From positions 320,001-384,000 of the forward strand of contig OZ253470.1 in assembly GCA_965261735.1 (NCBI GenBank): a DNA stretch of 64,000 nucleotides, in the 5' to 3' direction. The DNA is from Alphaproteobacteria bacterium (GTDB taxonomy: Bacteria > Pseudomonadota > Alphaproteobacteria > SHVV01). The translations under genes and the position numbers were made by a program. The notes under the pieces were generated by a model that worked only from the letters and a program-made list of their open reading frames with translations, did no database searches and was not told where the DNA came from. Of the stretch, positions 9,296-19,464 are shown piece by piece (position 1 is the stretch's first letter; every line of letters begins with the position of its first letter).

Positions 9296-10558
9296 TCATT
9301 GGGTGCGGGGCGGTACAGTGGATTGTACGGGACCGCTTGGATCCACAGCCTGGCCATCTGCCAGGATATCGTCACCGATGCTGTCGGCGATCCTGGAACC
9401 CGAGGTCTTGACGGATTCATTTGCCAGATGAGCGTAGCGGGCGGTTGTCTGCACCTGTGTGTGACCCAATAGCCTGCCAATCATGGGCAGGCTTTCGCCG
9501 AGCGCCAGGGCACGAGACGCAAAAGAATGGCGCAAGTCATGAATTCGGACGTCGTCAAGCCCAGCGCGCTCGCGGATGCGCCGCCAGGGATGTTGCAGGT
9601 CGGTAAGATGAGCACCCGGCTTCCTGCCAACGATGACCCAAGGGTTGTTGGAATCGCGGGGCAGGGCGGAGAGCACGCTTGCCGACGCCCTTGATAGTGG
9701 CACCATCCGTGCGCCAGTTTTGCTGTCGGGCAACCGCAACTCTCCCGCTTCCAGATCGACATCCTCCCAGCGCAGCGTCTGGATCTCGTTGAGACGGCAG
9801 CCTGTGAGCATGAGCAGACGGATGGCGGTCACCGCAGAGAGCGATTCCGAACCCTCGGCCTCTACCTCGTTCAGCACCTGGCCCAGGCAGCGGAACTCTT
9901 CCTCGGTGAGAAACCGCTCGCGTTTCTGTTCCTTGTATTTCTGGACGAACCGGCAGGGATTGCCGCCGTCACGCCGCAGACCCCACGCTTCGGCGAGATT
10001 GAACATCTTTCTGACCACCTCGAGGATGCGGTTCGCCTGATAGGGTGTCTCCCTGTGCTGGTAATGCAGCGCCGCGATATGCTCACGCTCGACCTCGTTG
10101 ATGGCCAGTTTACCTAGTTCCGGCAGCACGAATTTCACCACCAACCAGCGATAGGCCTCCTTCGTCCGAGGCTTGCAATGAACCTCGGCATGCTCCTTCA
10201 GATAGCGCTCCGCCAGATCCGCGACAGTAAGCTCGGCCACCGAAACGGATGGAGTGGGCGAGGGGTCTTCTCCTGCCTTGATGCGTGCAATGATCATGGC
10301 CGCCTTGCGGCGTGCCTGATCGGCAGAGATCACTCCGTGCCGCCCGAGGGTGACGCGTTTTGACTTTCCCAGCGCGCGGGTCTGCACGACATAGACCTTG
10401 GCGCCGGAGGGATAGACCCGGACCCCGAAGCCCTTGAGTTCGCGATCCCAGAACACGGTATCCTTGTCCCCAACGGAGAGCCCATCCACCGTGCGCTTGG
10501 AGATTGACCGATATTCCAATCGGGCCATGAATAGCTCTTTTCTCGCACTGTTTGACAA
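9296..10558 (-). CDS. Tyrosine integrase with arm-binding domain
   Basis: WDRELKGFGVRV arm domain; TGCRLNEI, HDLRHSFAS, LLGH, TARYAH catalytic motifs; beside a tRNA fragment. Confidence 0.93.
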   Translation of the reverse strand: MSNSARKELFMARLEYRSISKRTVDGLSVGDKDTVFWDRELKGFGVRVYPSGAKVYVVQTRALGKSKRVTLGRHGVISADQARRKAAMIIARIKAGEDPSPTPSVSVAELTVADLAERYLKEHAEVHCKPRTKEAYRWLVVKFVLPELGKLAINEVEREHIAALHYQHRETPYQANRILEVVRKMFNLAEAWGLRRDGGNPCRFVQKYKEQKRERFLTEEEFRCLGQVLNEVEAEGSESLSAVTAIRLLMLTGCRLNEIQTLRWEDVDLEAGELRLPDSKTGARMVPLSRASASVLSALPRDSNNPWVIVGRKPGAHLTDLQHPWRRIRERAGLDDVRIHDLRHSFASRALALGESLPMIGRLLGHTQVQTTARYAHLANESVKTSGSRIADSIGDDILADGQAVDPSGPVQSTVPPRTQ

Positions 10559-10758
10559 GAACCCTACATCGCTTTACCGTAAGCGTACCGCAAGCGAGTG
10601 AAGGTAAACTGCTGCGCATTAGAGCGTATCTCTGGCGATGACTCAAGTGTGATGTTAGATCTTGAAGTCACAGAAAAACGGGAGTTTATGGTAGCCTAGA
10701 GCATGTGAGCGCATCCCAGCGCAGTAGAGGCGGGTTCCGGCCCAGAAGGTATCATTCC

Positions 10759-10805
10759 GGCTCATAACCTGAAGGTCGTTGGTTCAAATCCAACCCCCGC
10801 AACCA
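10759..10805 (+). other. attR: 3' half of tRNA-Met(CAT) at the island boundary
   Basis: GGCTCATAACCTGAAGGTCGTTGGTTCAAATCCAACCCCCGCAACCA gives anticodon loop, T arm and CCA; the 5' acceptor and D arm are absent. Confidence 0.85.
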
Positions 10806-10809
10806 AATA

Positions 10810-10842
10810 AAACGCCGCTAAGACAGCATCTTAGCGGCGTTT
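10810..10842 (+). terminator. Hairpin terminator downstream of the tRNA fragment
   Basis: AAACGCCGCTAAGA-cagca-TCTTAGCGGCGTTT perfect 14-bp inverted repeat. Confidence 0.75.
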
Positions 10843-10982
10843 CCGTTTCCAGAAAACCTCTTCCAAAACACGATTCGGAATGTCCTCGGAATGGTTTTTA
10901 AGAGAGCTCCAGGCATCTCCTGACCTCCCGTGACCCATAATCGTTCGTTCAGGCCGTGGAAATTTCGTAAATGTTCCGTCAG

Positions 10983-11202
10983 CAGTTCCCGATAGGCGAG
11001 CAGACCGGCGTCCGACGTGACCCGTGAACCGTGGAACTCCAGCTTCAGGCGACGGTCGAAACAAGGCCGCAGAGGCCGCCCATCCGATTCACCCTCCGGG
11101 TTCCGCATGCGATCCACCCTCTATCTAGCCTAAACCTATGATTCTTATAACAGAATCAAGCGGAAACGGCATCAGATAGATGAGCTACCTGGGAAATGCG
11201 GG
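10983..11202 (-). mobile_element. IS1380-family 5' fragment
   Basis: FDRRLKLEFHGSRVTSDAGLLAYREL matches the IS1380 transposase N-terminus; truncated. Confidence 0.7.
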
Positions 11203-11412
11203 GTTGGATACCTGTTTGCAGCTGCACAGCGCATTGGCGCGACAGGATGGGCGCGCCAGGAGCTGGCCAGACTGGGGCAAGAGCCTTGCAGTCCTGGGCG
11301 CGAATTGTTCCAGGATACGGTGCGGGCGGCACTGTTCCGCCACGATGGAATTAGCTCCTCCGGCTGACCAGCGCCAGCCGTTCCGCACAGGCACTGAGCT
11401 GCCAGCCTTGCT

Positions 11413-12918
11413 TCAAGACTTCGCAAACGTGCCGTGTAGTCCAAGAGGCAGGGGATAGGGCAGAATGCCTTGCCATACCGGACCCTCGGAGATGTGCTTG
11501 GCATCGAACACGTTGAGTCCCGTGGCTTCGCGCCCGACATCGAGGTACGGACCAATCAGCCAACCGTCTCCCTCGGCCTCGCCGCGGGGCACGAACACGT
11601 GCTCCTCGGGAATTTGATCTCGCGGGTACGTCCAACCATCGCTCGCGCCCTGTTCGGGATCGATGCTGGCAATCCGCCGGAACGGCCAGCCGTCTTCCGA
11701 ACCGCTGCCACTGAGAGCGAAGGTCTTCCGGTGGCGCTGTCCCGTACGGCGTGGATCTATGCGGGGGAACTCGGCGGCGCCTGGCATCGATAGCTCCATC
11801 GCTGCGTCTCCTCTCGGCGAGAGGACAACGCTGCCGTAGCGTGGATGTGTCGAGGCGAATCTTATTTCTCCGCGCATGACTGCCCGCAGGTCCTCGGTAA
11901 CGAAATCCGGATTCGGCGCCTGGCACAGATCGAGCCGGATCGTCCCGTCCGGCTCCTCCCACCCATTTCCATGATGAAAATGAAATCCAGGGGGCAATTC
12001 GTGGCGGCGCACCGGTTCAAGCGTGTCCTTGTCGATCGTCAGTACACGAGTGCCAAGACCGGGTCGCCAGACATGAGCGTCGAGGAAACTGATATGGCCC
12101 GACGACCAGCGCTCGGGTTCGACCACGAATGGCGTCAACAGAACAACGAGATGGCGCCCGGTCACCACGAAGTCGTGCACCATTCCCAATGGCCCCGCAT
12201 CGACCAGGTTCGCTTTGATCAGCTGCCCGCTCCGGTCGATGCGATAGAACAGCAACGCCGGCCGAGGCTGCGTCACGAAGCCGATATTCCACAGAGTCCC
12301 ATCCTTCTCGACCTTCGGATGGGCCGAGAACGGCAGGCCGGCCAGGTCAGGATGCCAGACCACGAACCGTCCGGCATCGAGAGTTTCCGGATCGACCGCC
12401 AGGGCGGAGCCGCCCTCCCACAAGGCCATCAGCCGCCCCGCATGGACGAGCATGGCGGTATTCGCAACGTTCATGTCGTCAGGTCCCATCAACGGTCCGG
12501 ACCCTGGGGTTGCGAAGGCGGGCATGATGCGCTTGCCCGCCCGGGTCTCCCGCCGGCGCTTCGGCGTGTCGAGGACCCGCGCACGGTGAGTTACCTTGTC
12601 TCCCGACAAGGCGAACGCCTGCACCATCCCGTCGCCATCGAACCAATGTCCGTAGCGATGGCCGAAGCGCTCGTGCTCCGCTGGACCGTTCCGCCACAGC
12701 ACGCCTGTGAGGCCGGAAGGGAGGTAGCCTCTCAACGTCGTCATCGGGGCGTTGAACACTTCCGCCCGGGCGGTCGCAAAGCCCATCAGTTGCGGCTTCC
12801 GGGCCAAACCTGCGGAAAATTCCTCTCTGGTTCCGGCCACGGCCCCTGCCACGACCACGGCCGGCAGGCTGGCGAGTGCACCCAGCATTGCCCGGCGTGA
12901 CAGCTCGTTCTTCGTCAT
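11413..12918 (-). CDS. Carotenoid oxygenase (RPE65/lignostilbene dioxygenase family) with Tat signal
   Basis: RNGP, HWFDGDGM, and Fe ligands FSAHPK, MVHDF, FHHGN, GLHG; N-terminal LSRRAMLG. Confidence 0.9.
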   Translation of the reverse strand: MTKNELSRRAMLGALASLPAVVVAGAVAGTREEFSAGLARKPQLMGFATARAEVFNAPMTTLRGYLPSGLTGVLWRNGPAEHERFGHRYGHWFDGDGMVQAFALSGDKVTHRARVLDTPKRRRETRAGKRIMPAFATPGSGPLMGPDDMNVANTAMLVHAGRLMALWEGGSALAVDPETLDAGRFVVWHPDLAGLPFSAHPKVEKDGTLWNIGFVTQPRPALLFYRIDRSGQLIKANLVDAGPLGMVHDFVVTGRHLVVLLTPFVVEPERWSSGHISFLDAHVWRPGLGTRVLTIDKDTLEPVRRHELPPGFHFHHGNGWEEPDGTIRLDLCQAPNPDFVTEDLRAVMRGEIRFASTHPRYGSVVLSPRGDAAMELSMPGAAEFPRIDPRRTGQRHRKTFALSGSGSEDGWPFRRIASIDPEQGASDGWTYPRDQIPEEHVFVPRGEAEGDGWLIGPYLDVGREATGLNVFDAKHISEGPVWQGILPYPLPLGLHGTFAKS

Positions 12919-12919
12919 G

Positions 12920-13399
12920 TCAGGACCCCGGATAGGCAATCGGCACGACAACGGAAATCCGCTCTTCGCCCGAACCAATGGTCAGAGCGGCGTCATCGAA
13001 TGACGGCGGTCCCATGAAGCCGCGGGCACCGTTGGAGAAACCGTAGCCTTCGGTGGGAATGCGCAGGATGTTCCGCCCCAACTCTCCGTCGCCATCGGCG
13101 TCGTGGAACGCCGCCACGGCGTAATCTCCCGGAGACAGGCCGGTGAAGACGACGCGGACACCGTTTGGGTCGGCCGCCTGGGATATCTTGGCAACGGCAC
13201 TGTCCTCGTCTGGAAACGAGCCATTCGGGACGCGCCGGTGGAGGCCAACACGCGCTTGGCCCTCTGCCGAGCGCAGGCCCTCTATGGATACCTCGAGGTC
13301 AGCGGAGTTCGCATTCGCCGCAAGGAACACAGCCGCGCCCGCGAGGACAATGGTTGCAAAAATATTCACGGTAGTAGTCATCTGAAACTTGATCCTCAT
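12920..13399 (-). CDS. DUF2141-family exported protein
   Basis: Signal peptide; PGDYAVAAFHDADGDG...PTEGYGFSN..GPPSFDDA. Confidence 0.85.
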   Translation of the reverse strand: MRIKFQMTTTVNIFATIVLAGAAVFLAANANSADLEVSIEGLRSAEGQARVGLHRRVPNGSFPDEDSAVAKISQAADPNGVRVVFTGLSPGDYAVAAFHDADGDGELGRNILRIPTEGYGFSNGARGFMGPPSFDDAALTIGSGEERISVVVPIAYPGS

Positions 13400-13491
13400 G
13401 GCTGGTTGTTACGTGACATGCAGGCGAGGTTGATCGCACGGACGTTGCAAGTCATCGTCGATTACGCAAATGCCAGGGATTTATTCGTCAG

Positions 13492-14292
13492 ATGCAGGAA
13501 TTACCGTTCACGTATCGTGAACTGCTGGGAACGCGGTCGCTTGCGGTTCAGGGGGCGGTGCTGGCGTGCCTCATCGCGCTGTTCGCGTTCATCGGCCCCT
13601 TCGGCACCTACGATTCGATCGGACCGCTCGGCCGCATCGGCTACTGGGTGCTCACGATGGGCGCCAATTGGCTTGTATGCGCCAGCGTCATGATGCTGAC
13701 GCTTCGTGTCACATCCAGCGCACCGATGCGGACACGCCTGCTGGCGATGGCGGGGGCGGCACTCGCGGCGGCTGTCCCCGGTACCGGCGTCGTTCATACC
13801 GCCGAGGTCTTGTTCAGGCCGGACTATGAGGGGCACAACGCCCTGCCGACGATCTATCTTGGCGTGGCAGTGCTGATGCTGGCGATCAGTGCTCTGGTCG
13901 TCTCCGTTCTAGCCGGACGTCAGCGCGATCTACAGGGCAAGGAAGCGGCGTCCGGCGGAGATGAAGCCGCGAGCCGGACGGCAGACTATTTCCTGGACCG
14001 TCTGCCGCCGGAACTTGGCCGCGACCTCGTCTATCTCAGGATGGCGGACCACTATGTGGAGGCGTTCACGACATCCGGTTCGACACTGGTCCTGATGCGT
14101 TTTGCCGATGCCGTTGCCGCATTGGAGGGCGCCGGCGGATTGCGTGTACACCGCTCCTACTGGGTGGCCAAGAAGCATGTGACCGGTACGGCTCGCCGCA
14201 ACGCCCGGACCACGCTACGCCTTACCGGCGGTTACGAAGCGCCGGTCAGTCGCGGCTATCTTCCAGCCGTCCGTCGGGCCGGACTGATGTGA
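13492..14292 (+). CDS. Membrane-bound LytTR-family regulator
   Basis: Four hydrophobic helices, then DHYVE...GLRVHRSYWVA...PVSRGY. Confidence 0.88.
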   Translation: MQELPFTYRELLGTRSLAVQGAVLACLIALFAFIGPFGTYDSIGPLGRIGYWVLTMGANWLVCASVMMLTLRVTSSAPMRTRLLAMAGAALAAAVPGTGVVHTAEVLFRPDYEGHNALPTIYLGVAVLMLAISALVVSVLAGRQRDLQGKEAASGGDEAASRTADYFLDRLPPELGRDLVYLRMADHYVEAFTTSGSTLVLMRFADAVAALEGAGGLRVHRSYWVAKKHVTGTARRNARTTLRLTGGYEAPVSRGYLPAVRRAGLM

Positions 14293-14535
14293 ACGGCCTC
14301 TGTGACTTGGTGGGAGGGTCCGACAGGCGCTCTATATTACAAGAGAACCTTCGGGCGGGCAGAACATGACAGTGCGGCGTCTCTTTTCCGTTGATGTCTC
14401 GGCGCCTCGATTGGCGCGTCTTTACAACGCGTATGAACCAAGACTGACCGGCTTCACGCCTTGCGCGGCAGGAACAACATCGGCGCGAAATAGGCGGTAA
14501 ACAGCGTGAAGGCGACAAACCAACTGCCGGCGGTT

Positions 14536-14776
14536 GCCTGAGCCGGTAGCTCTCGCCGTTCATCTCCAGGATATGGACATGGTGGGTGATGCGGTCGAGC
14601 AGCGCGCCGGTGAGGCGCTCGCTGGCGAAGACCGTTGTCCATTCCTGGAAGGGCAGATTTGAGGTCACGATTGTGGCGCCGTTTTCGTAGCGCCGGCTGA
14701 AGACGTCGAACAGCAGTTCGCTTCCAGTCTGCGAGAGGGGCGCGTAGCCGAGCTCGTCGACGATCAGGAGAAACAA
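14536..14776 (-). pseudogene. IS21-family istB 3' fragment
   Basis: LIVDELGY...TSNLPFQEW...ALLDRITHH..GESYR. Confidence 0.8.
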
Positions 14777-14809
14777 CGGCGGATGCGAAGCGATGCCCGA
14801 GCAGGCTAG

Positions 14810-15670
14810 TCAGTCCTCGAAATCGTATTCCTGAAATGTGTGCAGCAGCTTAAAGCCGACGCGTTGATAAAGCCGATTGGCCGGCGCACTGTCGACGTCG
14901 GCGAATAGTAAGCAGTAGGGCCAGCCCTTTTCATCCCTGAGCACGCGGCAGACGTAACACACGCACGCGCTCGCGTAGCCGTGCCCACGAGAACCCGGCG
15001 GTGCGTACACCGCACGAATCCGCCCGGGCGCCAATTCCGCGGGTGTGTGGGACACCATGGCGCGGCAGTCGCCACGGTCCTCCCAGACATAGACGGTCCC
15101 GGCTTCCAGAAACGCCGCCGCCTCGTCGCGGATTGCTTCGCGCTGATGCGCGGGCAAGCCGACTGTCTCAGCGAAGTCCCGAAACCAATCCAGCACGAGT
15201 TCACGATCGCTTTCGTCGGCGAGCCGTCCCCGTCCAGCCGCCCGTGACCGCGAAGGTGTGACTGCGTCAAGCGAATACAAGCGAAGCGTCTTGGCCTTGC
15301 GCACGACAACGTTTACGCGCCTGGACCAGCCATCCGCAAACCGCGATGACAGCGTTTCAAGCCCGACGACGCCAGGAAGCGATTCGCCGTGAGCGCTTAG
15401 CCAATCAAGCAGCGCGGCGACAGCCGCTTCCTCACTCGCCGCGAGAAACAGCCGAAACGGCGGCGTTTGCATGGCCGCTCCGATCACGGCGCCGCCCTCA
15501 TCCATGACGTAAAACCGCGCCCTATGACCGAACGTGCCGCGCAACCGGTCGACGACGGAGAGAATGATGGTGTTTCGCCGCGGCGCCTGCAGCAGGAAGG
15601 TGCGCGCAAGCTCTAGAAACCGATCGGCGTCGTCGAAAGAGGTGACCTGGGTCATGGCCGAGCCAGCCAA
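14810..15670 (-). CDS. GNAT-family N-acetyltransferase
   Basis: VYAPPGSRGHGYAS...NRLYQRVGF acetyl-CoA motifs. Confidence 0.85.
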   Translation of the reverse strand: MAGSAMTQVTSFDDADRFLELARTFLLQAPRRNTIILSVVDRLRGTFGHRARFYVMDEGGAVIGAAMQTPPFRLFLAASEEAAVAALLDWLSAHGESLPGVVGLETLSSRFADGWSRRVNVVVRKAKTLRLYSLDAVTPSRSRAAGRGRLADESDRELVLDWFRDFAETVGLPAHQREAIRDEAAAFLEAGTVYVWEDRGDCRAMVSHTPAELAPGRIRAVYAPPGSRGHGYASACVCYVCRVLRDEKGWPYCLLFADVDSAPANRLYQRVGFKLLHTFQEYDFED

Positions 15671-15745
15671 TCGGCCATCAAACCGGTGACCGCCTCGGGT
15701 TCCTCCATGGTCGAGAGATGGCCGCAGCGGGGCAGCAAATTGAAG

Positions 15746-15877
15746 GGCTTTGTCAAGTTAACCGTATTCACTTCGAAATCTCGGTAAATTTTCGGTGGCT
15801 CTATTATGCAATTGCAATGGCTTCGCCTCATGGAAAAATGGCGAAAACAGTCTACGATCAGTTAACTTGACAATGCT
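15746..15877. mobile_element. 132-bp IS6-type MITE, copy 1
   Basis: Terminal IRs GGCTTTGTCAAGTTAAC / GTTAACTTGACAATGCT, similar to the IS6 IRs at 43840 and 44645. Confidence 0.8.
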
Positions 15878-16676
15878 CGGATCGGGCCTGCCGCTGATCT
15901 CGTTCGACGTTCTCGACACTGCCATCTCAGCCGAGACGGCTCTATATGCCTGAGCTAGACTATCTCGACCACGGGCGCGTCATCTTGCCGACGAACGCGG
16001 ACCCGGCGATCGTGCAAGTGGAGGGCTATGAGCGGTTGTATCTCGGCCTCGATCTTGGCCGGCGCGACCCGACGGTGCCGAACGCCCTGACCAAGCGGCT
16101 GGTCAACCACGCCCCACCCAACGATTTCACGGAAGGCTACGCCGCCGACTGGACCATCGGGCAATTACGCGACCCCGCGCAGAGAATCGCCGACCGTATC
16201 GAGGCATTGATACCGTATCGAGGCATTGATGATGAACGACCACGCACCCGCGACGGAGACGTCATAGCACTCCTGCCGACGAGTCGACCAGACCAAGTGC
16301 GGACCCCGGCCGTGAATACAGGCTTGCGCATGGTTGGCCTCGCGCCCTCGGCTTCGACGGTGAAGCCGCTTGTGGCGGAAGCGGGGATCGAATCGGAAAT
16401 CCTATACAGCGGTTCCTGGCGCGTAGCGCCGGTATCGCCGCATGGCCGCTCACGAACCGGGGTGCCCGCAGATATGACGGGGCCGATGAGGGCTTGACGC
16501 TCATACATCGCGACCCGGACACCCACAGGCGGCTCGTCAGGCCCGTCCTGCTCGCGGGCCCGACCCATGATGCGGATAGATATGTCGAAGAAGCGTTCAA
16601 TCTCTCTAACGATTCGCAAGTGGCTGATCGCTAGACGCTGAATGTTGGACGAACCGAAGTGCGAAGACGGCGTGGA

Positions 16677-17110
16677 CTAGGCGTCATGGCGGGCTGCCCA
16701 TTCATCTTCCTCAGTACGGATCCCCTCGCTCGCGGCAGCAAGCGCGCGCAGGGTCGCCTTGGCCCAACGTCGTACCCTCGCGGATGGATGCTCGTCACGC
16801 AGCATTGACAGAGGTGCCTCGTAGAGCGCGAAGTATCCCGTTGGTGAGCCCCAGCCGCAGTACGAGTGGATGTTGCTTCCAACAGCTTGAAGCACGTCTT
16901 CACGGTCCCCGAACTCTTCGAGCAATCGAGCCACGCACGGGTGCAGGGAGTGCTCTTGAGCATCCCGGTTGTAGGTCGTGAGTACGGGCACCACCGTTGC
17001 CGTGAACGCCGGGGCACCGTCGGGATGAGCTCGGCACCACTCGAACAGGACGTCCTCCGGAAGACTGAGAATGGCAGCGTCGTGACGTTCATCGGACGAC
17101 AGGCGGCTCC
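16677..17110 (-). pseudogene. C-terminal fragment of a large hypothetical protein, truncated by IS630
   Basis: Protein-like tail ...RLLEEFGDREDVL...HPSARVRRWA...; no convincing start before the IS. Confidence 0.4.
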
Positions 17111-17169
17111 CTAGCAGATAGCCGAGACGCCAACCCCGAACGCGGTCCGAAAGGATTGTCTGGCCGACG

Positions 17170-17722
17170 ATGGGCCATGATCCAGGCGCTCGACCGCACC
17201 CAACCCGGCTTGCCGATGAAGAAGGGCCGCGCCGGTACGATGACCTATGATTACAAACGGCATGGCACGACGACGCTGTTCGCCGCGCTCAACGTGCTGG
17301 ACGGTACGGTCATCGCACAGAACATGCAGCGCCACCGCCATCAGGAGTTCATCCGCTTCCTCAACCGCATCGAGCGCGAGGTGCCGACGGACAAGGCCGT
17401 CCACGTCATCCTCGACAACTACGCCGCGCACAAGAAGGACAAGGTCCGCGCCTGGCTCGCCCGCCATCCACGCTGGACCTTCCACTTCACGCCAACCTCG
17501 TGCTCGTGGCTCAATGCCGTCGAGGGCTTCTTCGCCAAACTAACGCGGCGCAGGCTCAAATACGGCGTCTTCCAATCCGTCGTCGACCTTCAGGCCGCCA
17601 TCAACCGATTTGTCCGCGAATACAATGACGCAAACCCAAAACCCTTCATCTGGAAAGCCGACCCCGATCATATCATCGCCGCACGAAACAGAGGGTTCCA
17701 AACGTTGGAATCAATCCACTAG
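17170..17722 (+). mobile_element. IS630-family transposase 3' part and right end
   Basis: [41 protein letters not shown]; ends ...ATCCACTAG. Confidence 0.85.
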
Positions 17723-17843
17723 CACCGCTTAGCTGACGAACGCCGCTATGCGGCGCAATCGGGCTTGACCGGTGATCGTACTACTATCTGACTTCCGATT
17801 TGACTATGGTACACGGCCTAGGATTCAGACATGAGATACCTCC

Positions 17844-18794
17844 TTGACCAATACGGACTATCTGGACTTCGGCAGCCTGTTTTCCGACGCCGACTCCAAA
17901 TTCACGCGATCCGCGGGACTCGACGATTTAAGGGCTAGCTTCTCCGATGTCCTGATCACGAGCGCCATCGCCAAATGTCTGGACTTCAACAAATTTGCCC
18001 AGGAAACCGACTCGCAAACCGACTCGCACACGCCTGCATTCTTCCTGGTGGCCAACGTGCGCGCGATGTGTGAAGAGCTCATCTACTGCTCGCTGTTCAG
18101 GCTTGTTGGCCAACAGAGTTCGGATGAACTGGTGAAGAGGCTAAATCACCATGCCCTGCTAAGAAACGTCCACACGCAGTCGAGGTTCTTCGCGCTGAAC
18201 AACCAGCAGCAACCGACATTCGGCAGTTTAGCGGAATCGACCGAACAGGAGGCCGCCATTGAGCAGGCGTCCGCAGCCGTTAACGACGTTTGGAAGCGAC
18301 TTGGCGTGATTGAAGCAAGTGATCGCCGCCCACCCTCCATCTGGCGACTCTCGCGTAAGGTGGGGCTTGAAACGACGTACGACTACGCTTACCACCTCAC
18401 ATCCAACTTCGTCCACTTCAATCCAGGTCAGCTCTTGCGGACCGGATGGGGTCCGATGGAAGGCCCCTTCTCGTTCTGTGTTGACAATTTCGAAGGCTAC
18501 TTCTCGAACCTTGCCCGATTTCTAGGTGCGCTCGTTTTCCTGGGATACTGCCGCCTGGCCTCCGACAAATTCGAGCCTGACGCGGCCAATCGGTACGTCG
18601 ACGCCATAACCATTCAGCTGCAAGGCAAGTTCAGGTGGCCGGAGATCACCACCTACGAAGAAATGAACCAGACCTGGCCCAACAGTATCATCTTGCGTTC
18701 CCTCATGACGGTAATGAGGCAGGAGGACCCGAACGCGATGTCGAACGTTCTCTGCGAACTGCGGGGACTAGCCAGCCTCAGCGCGGTGTCCTGA
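17844..18794 (+). CDS. Hypothetical protein, DUF5677/HEPN-like
   Basis: 316 aa; RAMCEE and YHLTSNFVH motifs. Confidence 0.6.
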   Translation: MTNTDYLDFGSLFSDADSKFTRSAGLDDLRASFSDVLITSAIAKCLDFNKFAQETDSQTDSHTPAFFLVANVRAMCEELIYCSLFRLVGQQSSDELVKRLNHHALLRNVHTQSRFFALNNQQQPTFGSLAESTEQEAAIEQASAAVNDVWKRLGVIEASDRRPPSIWRLSRKVGLETTYDYAYHLTSNFVHFNPGQLLRTGWGPMEGPFSFCVDNFEGYFSNLARFLGALVFLGYCRLASDKFEPDAANRYVDAITIQLQGKFRWPEITTYEEMNQTWPNSIILRSLMTVMRQEDPNAMSNVLCELRGLASLSAVS

Positions 18795-18841
18795 GACTCG
18801 GTCGAGTACCGAAGCCGTCAGGCCGTCGAACGAGCCGCGCA

Positions 18842-18973
18842 GGCATTGTCAAGTTAACTGATTGTAGCCTGATTTCGGCATTTCTCCATGAGGCTAAGCC
18901 ATTGAAATTGCGTAAAGCAGCCATCGACGATTTCCCGAGATTTGGGAGTGAATCTGGTTAACTTGACAAAGCC
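18842..18973. mobile_element. 132-bp IS6-type MITE, copy 2 (inverted relative to copy 1)
   Basis: IRs GGCATTGTCAAGTTAAC / GTTAACTTGACAAAGCC; interior homologous to the reverse complement of copy 1. Confidence 0.8.
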
Positions 18974-19346
18974 GTCGAGCCAGTTCGATCAGCCGCCCAA
19001 GAAATTGCCGGGCAAAGACGTCGAGCATCGGGTACCGGGACAGTGCGCGAATATCGCTCGGCGGCAACGGCGTACCCAAGCGGCGCCGGCGTTGCAGCAT
19101 CTCAAGGAAGACCTGCCGCGTTCGTTCCTGCTGGGGATCGTCGTCGAGATCGATCTTCGGCAGAATCTCCAGGACGGTACCGCTGCTCGTGCTGACGATT
19201 CCCACATAGTCGCTGGCGGCGAGATCGCCATCGCGACGTTTGAGCACTTTCCGGGCGAACCCTTGGAGTTCCGCGATGTCCTTGGCCGAGATGGTCGGTC
19301 CTGGCTTCAGCGTGTCGTGATCCCAGACCGTATGGACCGACGCCAT
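18974..19346 (-). pseudogene. mcrC: McrC-family protein N-terminus, truncated by the MITE
   Basis: DYVGIVST.SGTVLEILPKID...VFLEML...LDVFARQFL; reading frame runs into the MITE IR. Confidence 0.7.
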
Positions 19347-19464
19347 CAGCTATCTTCCAGCGTCGGTCGACGTAATCGTCGTAGTCCTCGATGAACCGCC
19401 CACCCCCACGTTGACGAATCTCCAGGCAACCGCCGACGCTAAATTGCGTCTCCATGTCGCCGCC

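Noticed and set aside
10720-10805. Complete tRNA-Met gene
   Set aside because: Only the anticodon loop to CCA is present; the upstream sequence cannot form the acceptor or D arms
15746-15877. Integron attC site (GTTAAC-containing inverted repeat)
   Set aside because: The ends match IS6 IRs better, they do not fit RYYYAAC/GTTRRRY, and no integron integrase is present
15946-16497. 183-aa ORF between the MITE and IS630
   Set aside because: The first half looks like a gene fragment, but I cannot assign a family or a reliable frame
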